64,000 bases of DNA from Bacteriovoracia bacterium (GCA_050246755.1 JBFWVL010000005.1:32001-96000), one strand, 5' to 3'; shown: positions 18,364 through 27,922, numbered from the stretch's first letter. The notes: generated from the letters alone by a model not told the origin. A program made the numbers and translations.

Positions 18364-21300
18364 TCAGCAAACCGGAACCTTCGCTGCTTCCTTTTTGAGG
18401 TCGAGCGTGCGGTGGAGCTTTCCCTCCTTCAATTCGAAAATCATATCGCAGTCGGCAACGGTGCCGAGGCGATGCGCGATGATCAGCATCGTCACGTTCT
18501 GGCAGCTTTGGCGCACCACTTCCTGCACGAGCCCGTCGGTCTGCACGTCCACCGAGGCGGTGGCTTCGTCCATCACGATCACTTTCGCATCGGCGAGCAA
18601 GGCCCGCGCGAGGCAAAGCAGCTGGCGTTGGCCCTGACTGAAGTTGGCGCCGCTCTCGCTCACCGGCGCTTGCAGCCCAAGGGGCAGCGCCCGCACAAGG
18701 GTTTCCAGCCGCGCTTTGCGCAGAGACTCCCACACTTCCTCGTCGGTAAACTCGCTATAGCGATCGAGGTTATTGCGCAAGGTTCCCATGAAGAGGGTGG
18801 GATCCTGGGGAATGATGGCGAGACTGCGGCGCACGCGTTCGAGGGGAACGGAAGCGATATTCACGCCGTCGATGCGGATTTCTCCCGATTCCGCTTCCAT
18901 GCAACGGAAGAGCGCCTGGAGCAAAGTGCTTTTCCCCGAGCCGGTGCGGCCGATGATGCCCACGCGGGATCCCGCGGGCACGCGGAAAGAAACGCCTTTC
19001 AAAATGGGCGGCAGATGGGAAGCGTAGCGGGCCACGAGACGGTCGAACACCACTTCGCCCTTCTGCGGCCAGTCTTTCTCGAGCGGAACGGCGGAAGGCG
19101 CGAAAATATCTTTCTCGGATTCCAGCGAGCCGTAGAATTTCAGACGCTCCACGGAGGTCATGCGGGCTTCCACCTCGGCGAATACGCGCACGGCCCAGTT
19201 CAGCGATTCCCAGAGCGAGATCGCGTACACGATCACGAGGCCGGCGAGGCCCGGGCTGATCTTCCCGGCGTGGGCGTAGAACACGATGCCCGCGGCGGTG
19301 GAGCTCGACACGATGGCGCCGAGCAGGGGGATCCGGCTCGAGAACCAGCGGTTGAGCATATAGTGGCCGTAGAACATACGCTGGCTATGCTCGAGGCGCT
19401 GGTAAAACATTTCGAGGAAGAGATCCATCTTCCCGAAGGAGCGGATCACCACGAGGCCGTGGAGGGTTTCCTTGAAGTGAGCATAGCGCGGGGAGCGGCT
19501 GATCGAATCGAGGCGCTTGGCTTCACGCGCGGGAATGCGGTAGTCGCGCTGAAGGAGGTAGTAGGCCGCGAGCACCGGCGCGATCACCACCAGCATCAGG
19601 GGGAGAGCCCCGAGGATGAGCAGGAGCGAGGTGGCGATATTTACTAGGCAGCGCACGGTGAGCTCGAAGCTCCACTGCAACTGCGTGTCGACGGATTCTA
19701 CGTCGCGGGAAAAGCGCTGAAGCACGCGGCCGACCGGAGTGGAGTCGAAAAAGCGAATCGGGGCTTTGAGCACGGACCTTAGCATCGTGCCGTGGAGATC
19801 GCGGCCCGCGGCCATACCGCGCTCGAGCCAGAACAATCTATTTATCAATACTCCCGAAAGCGTGATCAGCCCGAGCCCTCCGTAAACTAAAATGGAATGC
19901 CGGTGGTTGGCGGCGAGGCTTTCGAGTATTCCTCCGGAGGGCGTATTTTTTCCCGTTTGCAGGTTTGAGCTGAGGGCGAGCCAGCTTTTTTGCATGAGCG
20001 GCAGAAAACTGGCCGCGGCGGTGGAAGCCACGAGCAAAGGGATGGTGATGATCTTGCGCAGGCGCGTGCGGCCGCCGAGCGCCGAAAGGTAGTCGAAATA
20101 TACGCCTCCGCGCACGGCGCCCACGGCGCGCTCTTCGTCGGAGGTAACACGTGCGGCCGCCGCGGTTGGCGCGGTAGGAATCGCGGCCTGGGCGGCCGCG
20201 GGCTCCGCGGCCACGCCGGACACCTGGGTATTTTGCTCCGCCCGCGCCGAGTCGGCGAAGAAGGCGCGGAACTCGGGTGAAGCGGTGGCCACTTCATCGA
20301 GGCTGCCCACGGCGTGTACTTTTCCGTCCACGAGAAAAACCACTTTATCGAAGCGGCTTAGATAAGCCAGGCGATGCGTGACCACTACGCGGGTGATGCC
20401 GCGCCAAACTCCGAAGAGAAGGCGCTCCACCAGCTGTTCCTCGGTGCGTCCATCCACGGCGGAGAGGGGATCGTCGAGCAATACCAGATTCGGCTGGTGC
20501 ATCACCGCGCGCGCGAGGCTCACGCGCTGTTTTTGCCCGCCGGAAAGATTCACGCCGCGTTCGCCGATCTCGGTGAAGATCCCGGCCGGAAGCTGGGGTA
20601 GATCCGCTTCGAGGCAGCTCGCCCGCAGCGCGGTTTGCAGGAGGGCGCCGTCGTAAGTGCCGCCGAACGCGAGGTTTTCCTGAAGCGTTCCGTTCATGAT
20701 GAAGGCTTCTTGGGGAACGTAGGCGATCCGCGGCAGAATGGCCTTTTTTCTCGAGTCCACGAAGCTCAGGCTGCCTTCGCGCAGCGGAAGCTCGCGGAGC
20801 AGGGCGTGGAGAAAAGTGCTCTTGCCGCAGCCCACGGGTCCCACGATCGCCACGCTCTCCCCGGGCAGAATGCCAAGGCTCACTTCGCTCAGGGAGGGAT
20901 TGGATTGCCCCTCGTGGATGATTTTAATATTGGCTACTTCAATCCCGGGAAGGCCCGTATCGCCGGCTTCCCCGGCGAGCTGGTAAATGAGCCGCTCACG
21001 CTTCAGGAACGCGCAAATGCGGCCGGCGCTCACGAAGGCGCCCGCCACGCGCGAGATCACTTCCGAAAGATGGCTGAACGGCTCCTCGAGCAGGGCGAAA
21101 ATCGAAACGCAGGTGAATACCAGTTCGGGGCTTAAGGAAAACCCGCGGTATACGTGGAGGCCGAGCGAGGCGAAGAGCACCAGGGTGGAAACCGTCATGT
21201 AGCTGAGCGTGGAAAGGGCTTCCGCCCGCGCAAGTTTTTTGCGCGAATGCAGCTCCTTGGTGCGCTTATCGCTTACTTCGCGGAGCACACTTTTTTCCCA

Positions 21301-22104
21301 GGCGAAAAATTTCACCACGCGGATGCCGTTCAGCACCTGCGACATCAGGGTCACGCGTTCATCGCGGTACTTCATCAGCTCCTCGTCGATGGCGGAGAAA
21401 GAGCGCGCGGCTATTCTAGTAAGCGGGATCATCAGCAGGAGCAGGGCCACCGAAAGGGTGGCCGTACTTCCCAAGTACCAGAACAGGAGCGCGCAGGAGC
21501 CCACGATCGCCACGAACGAAGCTTGGAGATCGCCGAGCACCATGCCCACGTCGGCCACGGCGTCGCTGTCCGAGCTCATATGGTTCACCACATCGCCCAC
21601 CTGCGTTTCGCCCCGGGCCTTCTGCGTGAGCATCAGACTATGCTTAAAGAGCAAGCGATTGATGGCGTTGGTGAAAATCTGGTGGCTGCCGAGCATGCGC
21701 AGAAAATAGTGCTGCACGCAGAGGCTGGCCACGAAGCTCACGGCCCCAAGGAGAAATGCCAGGGCGAGGGCATAGCCGAGATCCTGGGAAGAGGTGAAAG
21801 GCGTGGAGACGCGCGTGATGAAGGCGTTGATCAGCACTGGCTTCGTGAGGTTGAAGATCACGTAGGCGAAGTTCAGCGCGAGGGCCGGGATCACGAACGC
21901 ACGGCCAGCGCGCAGCAGGCTCTTCAGCAACTCCTTGGCGTTCTCGGTGGCGATTGAATTTTCCTCAAAAGGAAGGTGGCGAGGATCGAGCAGGCGTGGC
22001 AGGGCGGGCATGTCTTCCGGCTGCAATACTTTGGTCTTCGCGAGGCGCACGATTTTCTTCACGTCGCTGAAGAGAACGAAGCGGACAAAAGAACGAAACG
22101 GCAT
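18364..22104 (-). CDS. Full-length ABCC/MRP-type ABC exporter (TMD-NBD-TMD-NBD)
   Basis: NBD1 GPVGCGKST/LSGGQKQR/LLDDPLSAVD; NBD2 GRTGSGKST/FSQGQRQ/MDEATASVD; start at MPFRSF follows a TATAAT. Confidence 0.92.
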   Translation of the reverse strand: MPFRSFVRFVLFSDVKKIVRLAKTKVLQPEDMPALPRLLDPRHLPFEENSIATENAKELLKSLLRAGRAFVIPALALNFAYVIFNLTKPVLINAFITRVSTPFTSSQDLGYALALAFLLGAVSFVASLCVQHYFLRMLGSHQIFTNAINRLLFKHSLMLTQKARGETQVGDVVNHMSSDSDAVADVGMVLGDLQASFVAIVGSCALLFWYLGSTATLSVALLLLMIPLTRIAARSFSAIDEELMKYRDERVTLMSQVLNGIRVVKFFAWEKSVLREVSDKRTKELHSRKKLARAEALSTLSYMTVSTLVLFASLGLHVYRGFSLSPELVFTCVSIFALLEEPFSHLSEVISRVAGAFVSAGRICAFLKRERLIYQLAGEAGDTGLPGIEVANIKIIHEGQSNPSLSEVSLGILPGESVAIVGPVGCGKSTFLHALLRELPLREGSLSFVDSRKKAILPRIAYVPQEAFIMNGTLQENLAFGGTYDGALLQTALRASCLEADLPQLPAGIFTEIGERGVNLSGGQKQRVSLARAVMHQPNLVLLDDPLSAVDGRTEEQLVERLLFGVWRGITRVVVTHRLAYLSRFDKVVFLVDGKVHAVGSLDEVATASPEFRAFFADSARAEQNTQVSGVAAEPAAAQAAIPTAPTAAAARVTSDEERAVGAVRGGVYFDYLSALGGRTRLRKIITIPLLVASTAAASFLPLMQKSWLALSSNLQTGKNTPSGGILESLAANHRHSILVYGGLGLITLSGVLINRLFWLERGMAAGRDLHGTMLRSVLKAPIRFFDSTPVGRVLQRFSRDVESVDTQLQWSFELTVRCLVNIATSLLLILGALPLMLVVIAPVLAAYYLLQRDYRIPAREAKRLDSISRSPRYAHFKETLHGLVVIRSFGKMDLFLEMFYQRLEHSQRMFYGHYMLNRWFSSRIPLLGAIVSSSTAAGIVFYAHAGKISPGLAGLVIVYAISLWESLNWAVRVFAEVEARMTSVERLKFYGSLESEKDIFAPSAVPLEKDWPQKGEVVFDRLVARYASHLPPILKGVSFRVPAGSRVGIIGRTGSGKSTLLQALFRCMEAESGEIRIDGVNIASVPLERVRRSLAIIPQDPTLFMGTLRNNLDRYSEFTDEEVWESLRKARLETLVRALPLGLQAPVSESGANFSQGQRQLLCLARALLADAKVIVMDEATASVDVQTDGLVQEVVRQSCQNVTMLIIAHRLGTVADCDMIFELKEGKLHRTLDLKKEAAKVPVC

Positions 22105-22277
22105 CAGACATCCAGTCTTATTATAGATAAATTTTATAGGGAACGGCCGCGGATCGGGTACGCGGCGGAACTTGTTTCGCTCTCTCATTTATACCACGGA
22201 GCCCGGAAAATTGGGAAGGCGGCGGGGGATTATTCCCGCTAGGAGTGCCGCGCAAATCCGGACGAACGCGTTCCGGC

Positions 22278-22649
22278 TTACGGCTTCTTCGCTTCGGCTT
22301 GCAGGCGCGTGAGAATCTCTTTGGGAATCGAGGGATGTTTTTCCTGTAGTTCCGCGGCGGTATCGTGGCGTGCGCGCATGTAGAGCATATCGCGATCCAG
22401 CTCATCGAGGTTTTTCACGTGAGACTCTAAACCAGGTACGCGCGCGAACACCGCCTCACGCTGCTCTTTATCCGGAAGGGCGTCGGGGTGCGGCACCCGC
22501 TTCGGCAAAGCTTTCACTTGGATATTCTTATGCTTACGGAACGCCTTTTCCGGATAGACCTTCGGGTCTACCTCCACGGTTCCCGAAGGAATCTCTTCGG
22601 CGAACGCGAAGGCGGAAAAGAGCAGGCTTAGCAACAGCAGTTTTTTCAT
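22278..22649 (-). CDS. Small secreted hypothetical protein
   Basis: Signal peptide AFA; ATGA overlap with the upstream gene. Confidence 0.7.
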   Translation of the reverse strand: MKKLLLLSLLFSAFAFAEEIPSGTVEVDPKVYPEKAFRKHKNIQVKALPKRVPHPDALPDKEQREAVFARVPGLESHVKNLDELDRDMLYMRARHDTAAELQEKHPSIPKEILTRLQAEAKKP

Positions 22650-24196
22650 CGTGACCTCGGCCGCAGCACGGTGCCTTCGATCCAGTTAAAGGGGATCGCG
22701 TCGCGCGCCAGCGTTTCTTCGGGAGAAATTTTCTCTCCCTCACCCACGGTGTGTTCGCCCTGGAGAAAAAACAGCGGGCGGAGCACGGGGAATCTGTTTT
22801 TGGCCGATTGCAGTGCCTGCCACTGCGCGCGGGCGGCCGGATCGCCGTTTTGCACGGCGCGGGCGAGCTGCTTTTCTTTCAGTCTCATCTCGGCCTGGAT
22901 ATCGTTATAGCTTTTCACGAATTCCACGCGCCCCGTTTTTCCGTCGAGCGCGGGCACGACGGAACTGATTCCGGCCTCCTCCAAATCTTTATCGAGCGCC
23001 GCGAGGTCGTTGGCGAAGTAGGTATTGAAATTTTTCTGCACCCGCCACCAGAAGATGAGGCGAATCACGCTTTCACGGATCGATTTGCGGTAGTCTTCCA
23101 TTTCCTTCTCTTGCCCTTTATTTTGCAAAGCGTTTTTGGCCGGGCACACGTTTTGGAGCGCGGTATAGAAAATCCGGAGTGGGGAAGAGGCGGAATCGAA
23201 GCTCGGCGGATTCTTTTTCAGGGAGCGTAGGTCCAGGTAGGTATCCTGGATGGACTCCGCTTGGGCCAGGATCGTGGTCCATTGCTCGTCGCAGGTAAGA
23301 GCATTGCCGGCGCCGGGCTGGCCCTCGATGATCTGGCGGCAGTAGTCGATCACGGACTGGGTTCCGGTCACACTCGATAGCCGCTTGAAGGCCCGCTCGA
23401 TCAGCGAAGGATCCAGGGCGCGCCCCGTAACGCCGATTTCGTTATCGAGCTTGCAGGCTAGATCGAGGTTCTGCGAAATATACTCGCGCGCCACCGCCCG
23501 GGTGCGGCTCGGGGCTTTCACGCCGAAGCCGGCGATCAAGGTGGCGTAGGGGAAAAGGGAATTCCAATGGGGACGGTTGTTTTCCGTCATGTTGTAGCAG
23601 CCCAGCAGCAGCACGTTCTGGGTGGAGCGAAAAACGCCCGGGCTACGCTGGAGAACTTCGTCGAGGTCGCCCCAGGACAGGCGGTTGGCGCTTTCCCCGG
23701 TGAAGTTCCAGCCGTCGGCGTGGGCGCTGATGGCGAAAGAGGAGATACTGCCCTTGGCCTGGCGAATGGCTTTTGCGGTATCTTCGAATTGCTCGGCGAT
23801 GGTGCCATATTCCTGTTCCGCTTTGTTCAGCAAATGGGTTTGTCGGAAGAGATCCTTGATCTCGGTGGCGTATTTTTGCGCGATCGCCGGATCGCCCTGC
23901 CACTTGCCGCCGTTGCGCATGATCTCTTCGATCGCGTTGTCCACTTCGCCTTTTTTCCATTCGGGCCGTTCGGCTTGCAATTTGGCCGCGAGGGAATCAC
24001 GTTTGGCGAAGAGGGCTTCCCCCACCGGAATCATTTCGAGGGGCGGGATGGAAACTGGGATTCTCCCGCAGGCCTCCGAGCTTTTTTTGAAAGCCTGCCA
24101 CTCGGCATTTGAATAATTCATGTTCACCATCAGCGCGTATTCCGCGGCCAAAGCCGGGAAGGGAAGCAGCGTGAGGAGGAGGGCGAGGAACCGCAT
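22646..24196 (-). CDS. Secreted protein with putative clan-CD (caspase-like) His/Cys dyad
   Basis: Signal peptide ALA; FAISAHADG and VLLLGCY strand-loop motifs. Confidence 0.6.
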   Translation of the reverse strand: MRFLALLLTLLPFPALAAEYALMVNMNYSNAEWQAFKKSSEACGRIPVSIPPLEMIPVGEALFAKRDSLAAKLQAERPEWKKGEVDNAIEEIMRNGGKWQGDPAIAQKYATEIKDLFRQTHLLNKAEQEYGTIAEQFEDTAKAIRQAKGSISSFAISAHADGWNFTGESANRLSWGDLDEVLQRSPGVFRSTQNVLLLGCYNMTENNRPHWNSLFPYATLIAGFGVKAPSRTRAVAREYISQNLDLACKLDNEIGVTGRALDPSLIERAFKRLSSVTGTQSVIDYCRQIIEGQPGAGNALTCDEQWTTILAQAESIQDTYLDLRSLKKNPPSFDSASSPLRIFYTALQNVCPAKNALQNKGQEKEMEDYRKSIRESVIRLIFWWRVQKNFNTYFANDLAALDKDLEEAGISSVVPALDGKTGRVEFVKSYNDIQAEMRLKEKQLARAVQNGDPAARAQWQALQSAKNRFPVLRPLFFLQGEHTVGEGEKISPEETLARDAIPFNWIEGTVLRPRSR

Positions 24197-24202
24197 GAGA
24201 AA

Positions 24203-24230
24203 CTATCGGACTAAAGCGCCCCGGAGTTTA
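24203..24230 (-). promoter_or_regulatory. Sigma28-type promoter, likely leaderless
   Basis: TAAA-N16-TCCGATAG, 6 nt before ATG 24196. Confidence 0.65.
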
Positions 24231-24289
24231 CGAAGAGCATGGATTAATTGGAGAATTGGCCCGTTTTTAGCGGAAGCGTGTAGGGAAAA

Positions 24290-24649
24290 TCAGCGCAGGC
24301 GTTTTTTCCATTCGTCTTCCTTGAACCCAACGAAGCCGAAGCCCTCGCCCAGCACGAAAGGACGCTTCACCAGCCGCCCGTTGCCGGCCAAAAGATCGAT
24401 CTGCTCGGCTTCGCTCATGGTGGGCAGCTTCTTCCCTAGGCCGAGTTCGCGGTACACGAGGCCGGAGGTATTGAAGAGGGGTTTGAGGCCGCCGAGCTCT
24501 TTGGCCATCGCGCGCAGCTCGGACTTGGTGGGCGGTTGGCTGGTGATATCGATTTTTTCGAAAGGAATTTTTTTCGTTTCGAGAAACTTCAGCGCTTTCC
24601 TGCAAGTGCTGCAGCCGGAATACTCATAAATTTTTAGCTGGTTCTTCAA
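24290..24649 (-). CDS. ArsC/Spx/MgsR-family protein
   Basis: YSGCSTCRKA, FNTSG--YREL, LVKRP. Confidence 0.9.
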   Translation of the reverse strand: MKNQLKIYEYSGCSTCRKALKFLETKKIPFEKIDITSQPPTKSELRAMAKELGGLKPLFNTSGLVYRELGLGKKLPTMSEAEQIDLLAGNGRLVKRPFVLGEGFGFVGFKEDEWKKRLR

Positions 24650-26096
24650 GCGGGGCCTCCTTTCCCATAGGCACGATTTTGGGAAAAAATAATCCGATCA
24701 CGAGCGCCAGCAGCGCGATGCCGGCGCTGAAAAAGAAAATTTTATGGAGCCCGCGGTCCATCAGCACCACGAGGCGGCCGAGCATTTCCGGCGACACGCC
24801 TTCTCCCGGCGCCGTGCTGATCAAATCGTTGGCCAAGCCGATCGGCAAGGAAGGATCATGGCGCAAAGATTTTGCGAGCACGGCTCCCATCACGCCCACC
24901 GAGATCGTGCCGCCGATGGTGCGGAAAAATAAATTGCTCGCGGTTGCCGTGCCGCGGCGATTCCAGTCCACGGCCGATTGCACCGAGAAGAGCAGGGGAA
25001 TATTCGAAAAGCCCATACCGAGCCCGAGGGTGCCCATCCCGATCATCAGCACGAACAAGGGAAGATCGAAGTAGGCGCCGAGCGCCGTGATCGAAGTGCC
25101 GGTCAGCACTAAGCTGAGCCCGAGGCGCAGCAGGGAGCGGAACCCCACGCGGGAGAGGATTCGGGCCGAGAGGCCGCTAGCGAGCGGCCACGCCAGGCCC
25201 ATCGGGATGATGCTGAGCCCGGCGGCGAAAATCCCGAGGCGGCGCACTCCTTCCACGTAGAGCGGGAGGTAGGTTACGAAGCTCAGCATGGTTCCCCCGA
25301 GCATGATGCTCACGAGGGACGCGTTCGAGATCACGGGATTGGCGAAGATATCCAGCGGCACGATCGGCTCTTTGCTTCGCTGCTCCACGAGTAAGAAAGC
25401 CACGAAACAGAAAATGGAGAAGGGCACGAGGAGCACGCTGTCTTCGGGATCGTTCACCGCGATCAGCACGCACACGATGGCGGCGCTCAGGAGCAGCGCT
25501 CCCGGCCAATCGAGAGAGGTTTTTTTTCGCTCCACTTTTTCAATCAGCGCTTTCTGGATGATCACCGCCGCGGCGATGCCGAAGGGAATATTCACGAGGA
25601 AGATCCAGGGCCAGCCTAGCGTTTCCACCACGATGCTGCCGATCATTGGGCCCAGTAATCCCGCCACGCCCCATACGGTGCCGAAGATGGCCGTCACACG
25701 CGCGCGTTCCTTAATCGTAAAAATATCCCCGCTGATCGTGAGCCCCATAGGTTGGATCGCACCGGCCCCGAGCCCCTGGATCGCGCGAAAGGCGATCAGC
25801 TGCGCCATCGAGTGCGAGAACGCCGAGCAGAGGGAGCCGAACAGGAAGAGGCAAATGCCGAACTGGAGCACGGGCTTACGCCCGTAGAGATCGGCGAGTT
25901 TTCCGTAGATCGGCACCGTGACGGTAGAGCTCATCATGTAGGCGGTGAACACCCAGGCGTAACGCTCAAGGCCGCCGAGGTCTCCCACGATGGTGGGCAT
26001 CACCGTGGCCACCGCGGTGGCTTCCATGGCTGCTAGGAATACGCCGCACAAAAGCGCGATCACGGTCCATTTGCGGTTGGTGGTTGCGGTAGACAT
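24624..26096 (-). CDS. MFS multidrug efflux transporter (14-TM, DHA2/Mdr family)
   Basis: PIYGKLADLYGRK, RAIQGLGAG, WPWIFLVNIP. Confidence 0.9.
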   Translation of the reverse strand: MSTATTNRKWTVIALLCGVFLAAMEATAVATVMPTIVGDLGGLERYAWVFTAYMMSSTVTVPIYGKLADLYGRKPVLQFGICLFLFGSLCSAFSHSMAQLIAFRAIQGLGAGAIQPMGLTISGDIFTIKERARVTAIFGTVWGVAGLLGPMIGSIVVETLGWPWIFLVNIPFGIAAAVIIQKALIEKVERKKTSLDWPGALLLSAAIVCVLIAVNDPEDSVLLVPFSIFCFVAFLLVEQRSKEPIVPLDIFANPVISNASLVSIMLGGTMLSFVTYLPLYVEGVRRLGIFAAGLSIIPMGLAWPLASGLSARILSRVGFRSLLRLGLSLVLTGTSITALGAYFDLPLFVLMIGMGTLGLGMGFSNIPLLFSVQSAVDWNRRGTATASNLFFRTIGGTISVGVMGAVLAKSLRHDPSLPIGLANDLISTAPGEGVSPEMLGRLVVLMDRGLHKIFFFSAGIALLALVIGLFFPKIVPMGKEAPLEEPAKNL

Positions 26097-26216
26097 CAGG
26101 CTCTAAAAAAGGCGGCGAGCCTGTGGGTAAGACGAGGAAAATAGGAGAGAAAATGGGCGCACTGCAAAGAGAAGCCTCCTGGGCCGGGTGGCCCAAGAGA
26201 ACTATCATTTGGCTAA

Positions 26217-26999
26217 TTAAGCGGCAATTCGAATCTCAGTCGTGGAATCGGCCATGGTCTCTTTTAGTTGAGCGATTCCCTTTGCATGGAGCTGGCAAAC
26301 GCGAGATTCCGAGAGGTGGAGGCGCGTGCCGATCTCTTTTAGGTTCAGCTCCTCGAAATAATAGAGGCTGAGCACTTTTTGCTCCATTTCGGGAAGGAGC
26401 TTGAGGGCCGCTTCGATTTGGTCGCGCACGTTATGACGGCTCGCTTCCTCAAAGGGATTGGCGTGCGAATGGTCGTCGGGCACGAGCTCGATCGTGGTCT
26501 GGGTGCGATCCTCGGCGCCGCCGGCGCGGGCGTAGGAGGCGAGGTTCATCTGCTCGAGGGTATTCACGTCGCGCACGAGCTGCTCGAATTTCGGCTTGCT
26601 CAAGTGAAGGGCCTGGCAGAGCTCTTTGTCGGTAGCGGAACGCCCTTTATTCTCGCGCAGCTTTTCGCAGATGCGGGAAAACTGCTTGGCCTTTTGGCGC
26701 ATGCCTTTCGGGCACCAGTCCTGCGAGCGCAGCTCATCGAGCATGGCGCCGCGGATGCGGAATTCCGCGTAGGTTTTGAATTTGAAGCCTTTCTCGGGCT
26801 TGAAGCGCTCGAGCGACTGCATGAGGCCGATGAGGCCCGCGGAAACGAGATCGTCGAATTCCACGCTGGAGGGCAAACGCGCCGACATTTTCTTCGCCAC
26901 GATTTTCACGAGCGAAAAATATTCGAGCATGAGCGTCTCGCGCGTTTTGTTCTTAGAAGGTTCTGCTTTTTTGGAGGTCGCGGTGGTTACGTACTTCAT
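26217..26999 (-). CDS. fliA: FliA/WhiG-family RNA polymerase sigma factor (sigma28), outside a flagellar cluster
   Basis: DDLVSAG-IGL, FKTYAEFRIRGAMLDELR--DW-P, LYYFEELNLKEIG--L-LSESRVCQLH. Confidence 0.92.
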   Translation of the reverse strand: MKYVTTATSKKAEPSKNKTRETLMLEYFSLVKIVAKKMSARLPSSVEFDDLVSAGLIGLMQSLERFKPEKGFKFKTYAEFRIRGAMLDELRSQDWCPKGMRQKAKQFSRICEKLRENKGRSATDKELCQALHLSKPKFEQLVRDVNTLEQMNLASYARAGGAEDRTQTTIELVPDDHSHANPFEEASRHNVRDQIEAALKLLPEMEQKVLSLYYFEELNLKEIGTRLHLSESRVCQLHAKGIAQLKETMADSTTEIRIAA

Positions 27000-27210
27000 G
27001 GGGGACTCCTAGCAAGAGATAGGAAAGTTTCCATTTTGTGCGGCGGGCCTCCGGTGAAAAGGGAGCGCTCTCCGTAGGGGCAAATACGCGAACCAAAAAC
27101 CATCTTCAGCATCTCCCGCCAATGTTTTGAGTTTGGCGGGGGATTCAAAAATCACGTGGAAGATTCAGCTCTTAGCTCCGCTGGGGTTGTACCTGCTACC
27201 TGGTAAAAGA

Positions 27211-27226
27211 TGCATCGGCCGTACCA
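27211..27226 (-). promoter_or_regulatory. Sigma54 promoter of fliA (overlaps a GCCGAT sigma28-like -10)
   Basis: TGGTACGGCCGATGCA (GG-N10-GC), ~210 nt upstream of ATG. Confidence 0.6.
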
Positions 27227-27286
27227 TAGCTTAAGTGCCCGGAAACATTAGCGTGGCCTCCCGGAGACAACGGCGATCTTTTGGCC

Positions 27287-27307
27287 ATCGTCTAAACCTT
27301 AGACGAT
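27287..27307. promoter_or_regulatory. Perfect palindrome, candidate activator-binding site
   Basis: ATCGTCTAA-ACC-TTAGACGAT. Confidence 0.55.
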
Positions 27308-27404
27308 TTGCCATTCTTCCTGAAACGGAGTTACTTGCCATCGCGATGGTTATGGGCAAGGCTAATGGGAAGATTAGATCCACCATTTATTTAGAGGAGC
27401 AGAA

Positions 27405-27905
27405 ATGTTGAAGACTATACTCGTGAGTATTTTTTGTTTAGCCATCATGACCCCCGCTTTCGCCAAAGAGAAAAAAGCCAAAGGAAAAGGCAAAGCCAAA
27501 GCCGCCGTGGCCAAGAAGGAAGAAAAGCCGGAAGCAAAAAAAGAGGACAAAGCCGCCAAGGGTGATAAGAAGCGCAGCGATGGCCTGGTGATCGAAGACG
27601 AAAAAGTGGGCTCCGGCAAAGAAGCCAAGCTCGGCAGCAAGATCACGGTTCACTACCGCGGCACCCTCGAGAGCGGCAAAGAATTCGACTCCTCCTACGC
27701 CGCCGGCGAGCCCATTACCTTCGATCTCTTGGAAGGCCGCTTGATCAAGGGCTGGACCGAAGGAATTCCCGGCATGAAAGTGGGCGGCAAGCGCAAGCTG
27801 AAGATTCCCTACCAGTTGGCTTACGGCGAAACCGGTACTCCCGGCGGCCCGATTCCCCCGAAAGCAAATTTGAATTTCGAAGTGGAGCTGATGGACGTTA
27901 AATAA
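27405..27905 (+). CDS. FKBP-type peptidyl-prolyl cis-trans isomerase, exported
   Basis: VHYRGTL--G--FDSS, IKGW-EG--GMKVGGKRKL-IP--LAYG, IPP-A-L-FEVEL. Confidence 0.95.
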   Translation: MLKTILVSIFCLAIMTPAFAKEKKAKGKGKAKAAVAKKEEKPEAKKEDKAAKGDKKRSDGLVIEDEKVGSGKEAKLGSKITVHYRGTLESGKEFDSSYAAGEPITFDLLEGRLIKGWTEGIPGMKVGGKRKLKIPYQLAYGETGTPGGPIPPKANLNFEVELMDVK

Positions 27906-27922
27906 ATCCGTTCTCGAAACGC

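Noticed and set aside
27255-27315. Resemblance to a c-di-GMP-I riboswitch (GGCAAA-stem-GGCCAAAAG on the minus strand)
   Set aside because: No GNRA loop, receptor or P1 closure, and it lies upstream of the predicted promoter; better explained as a DNA palindrome
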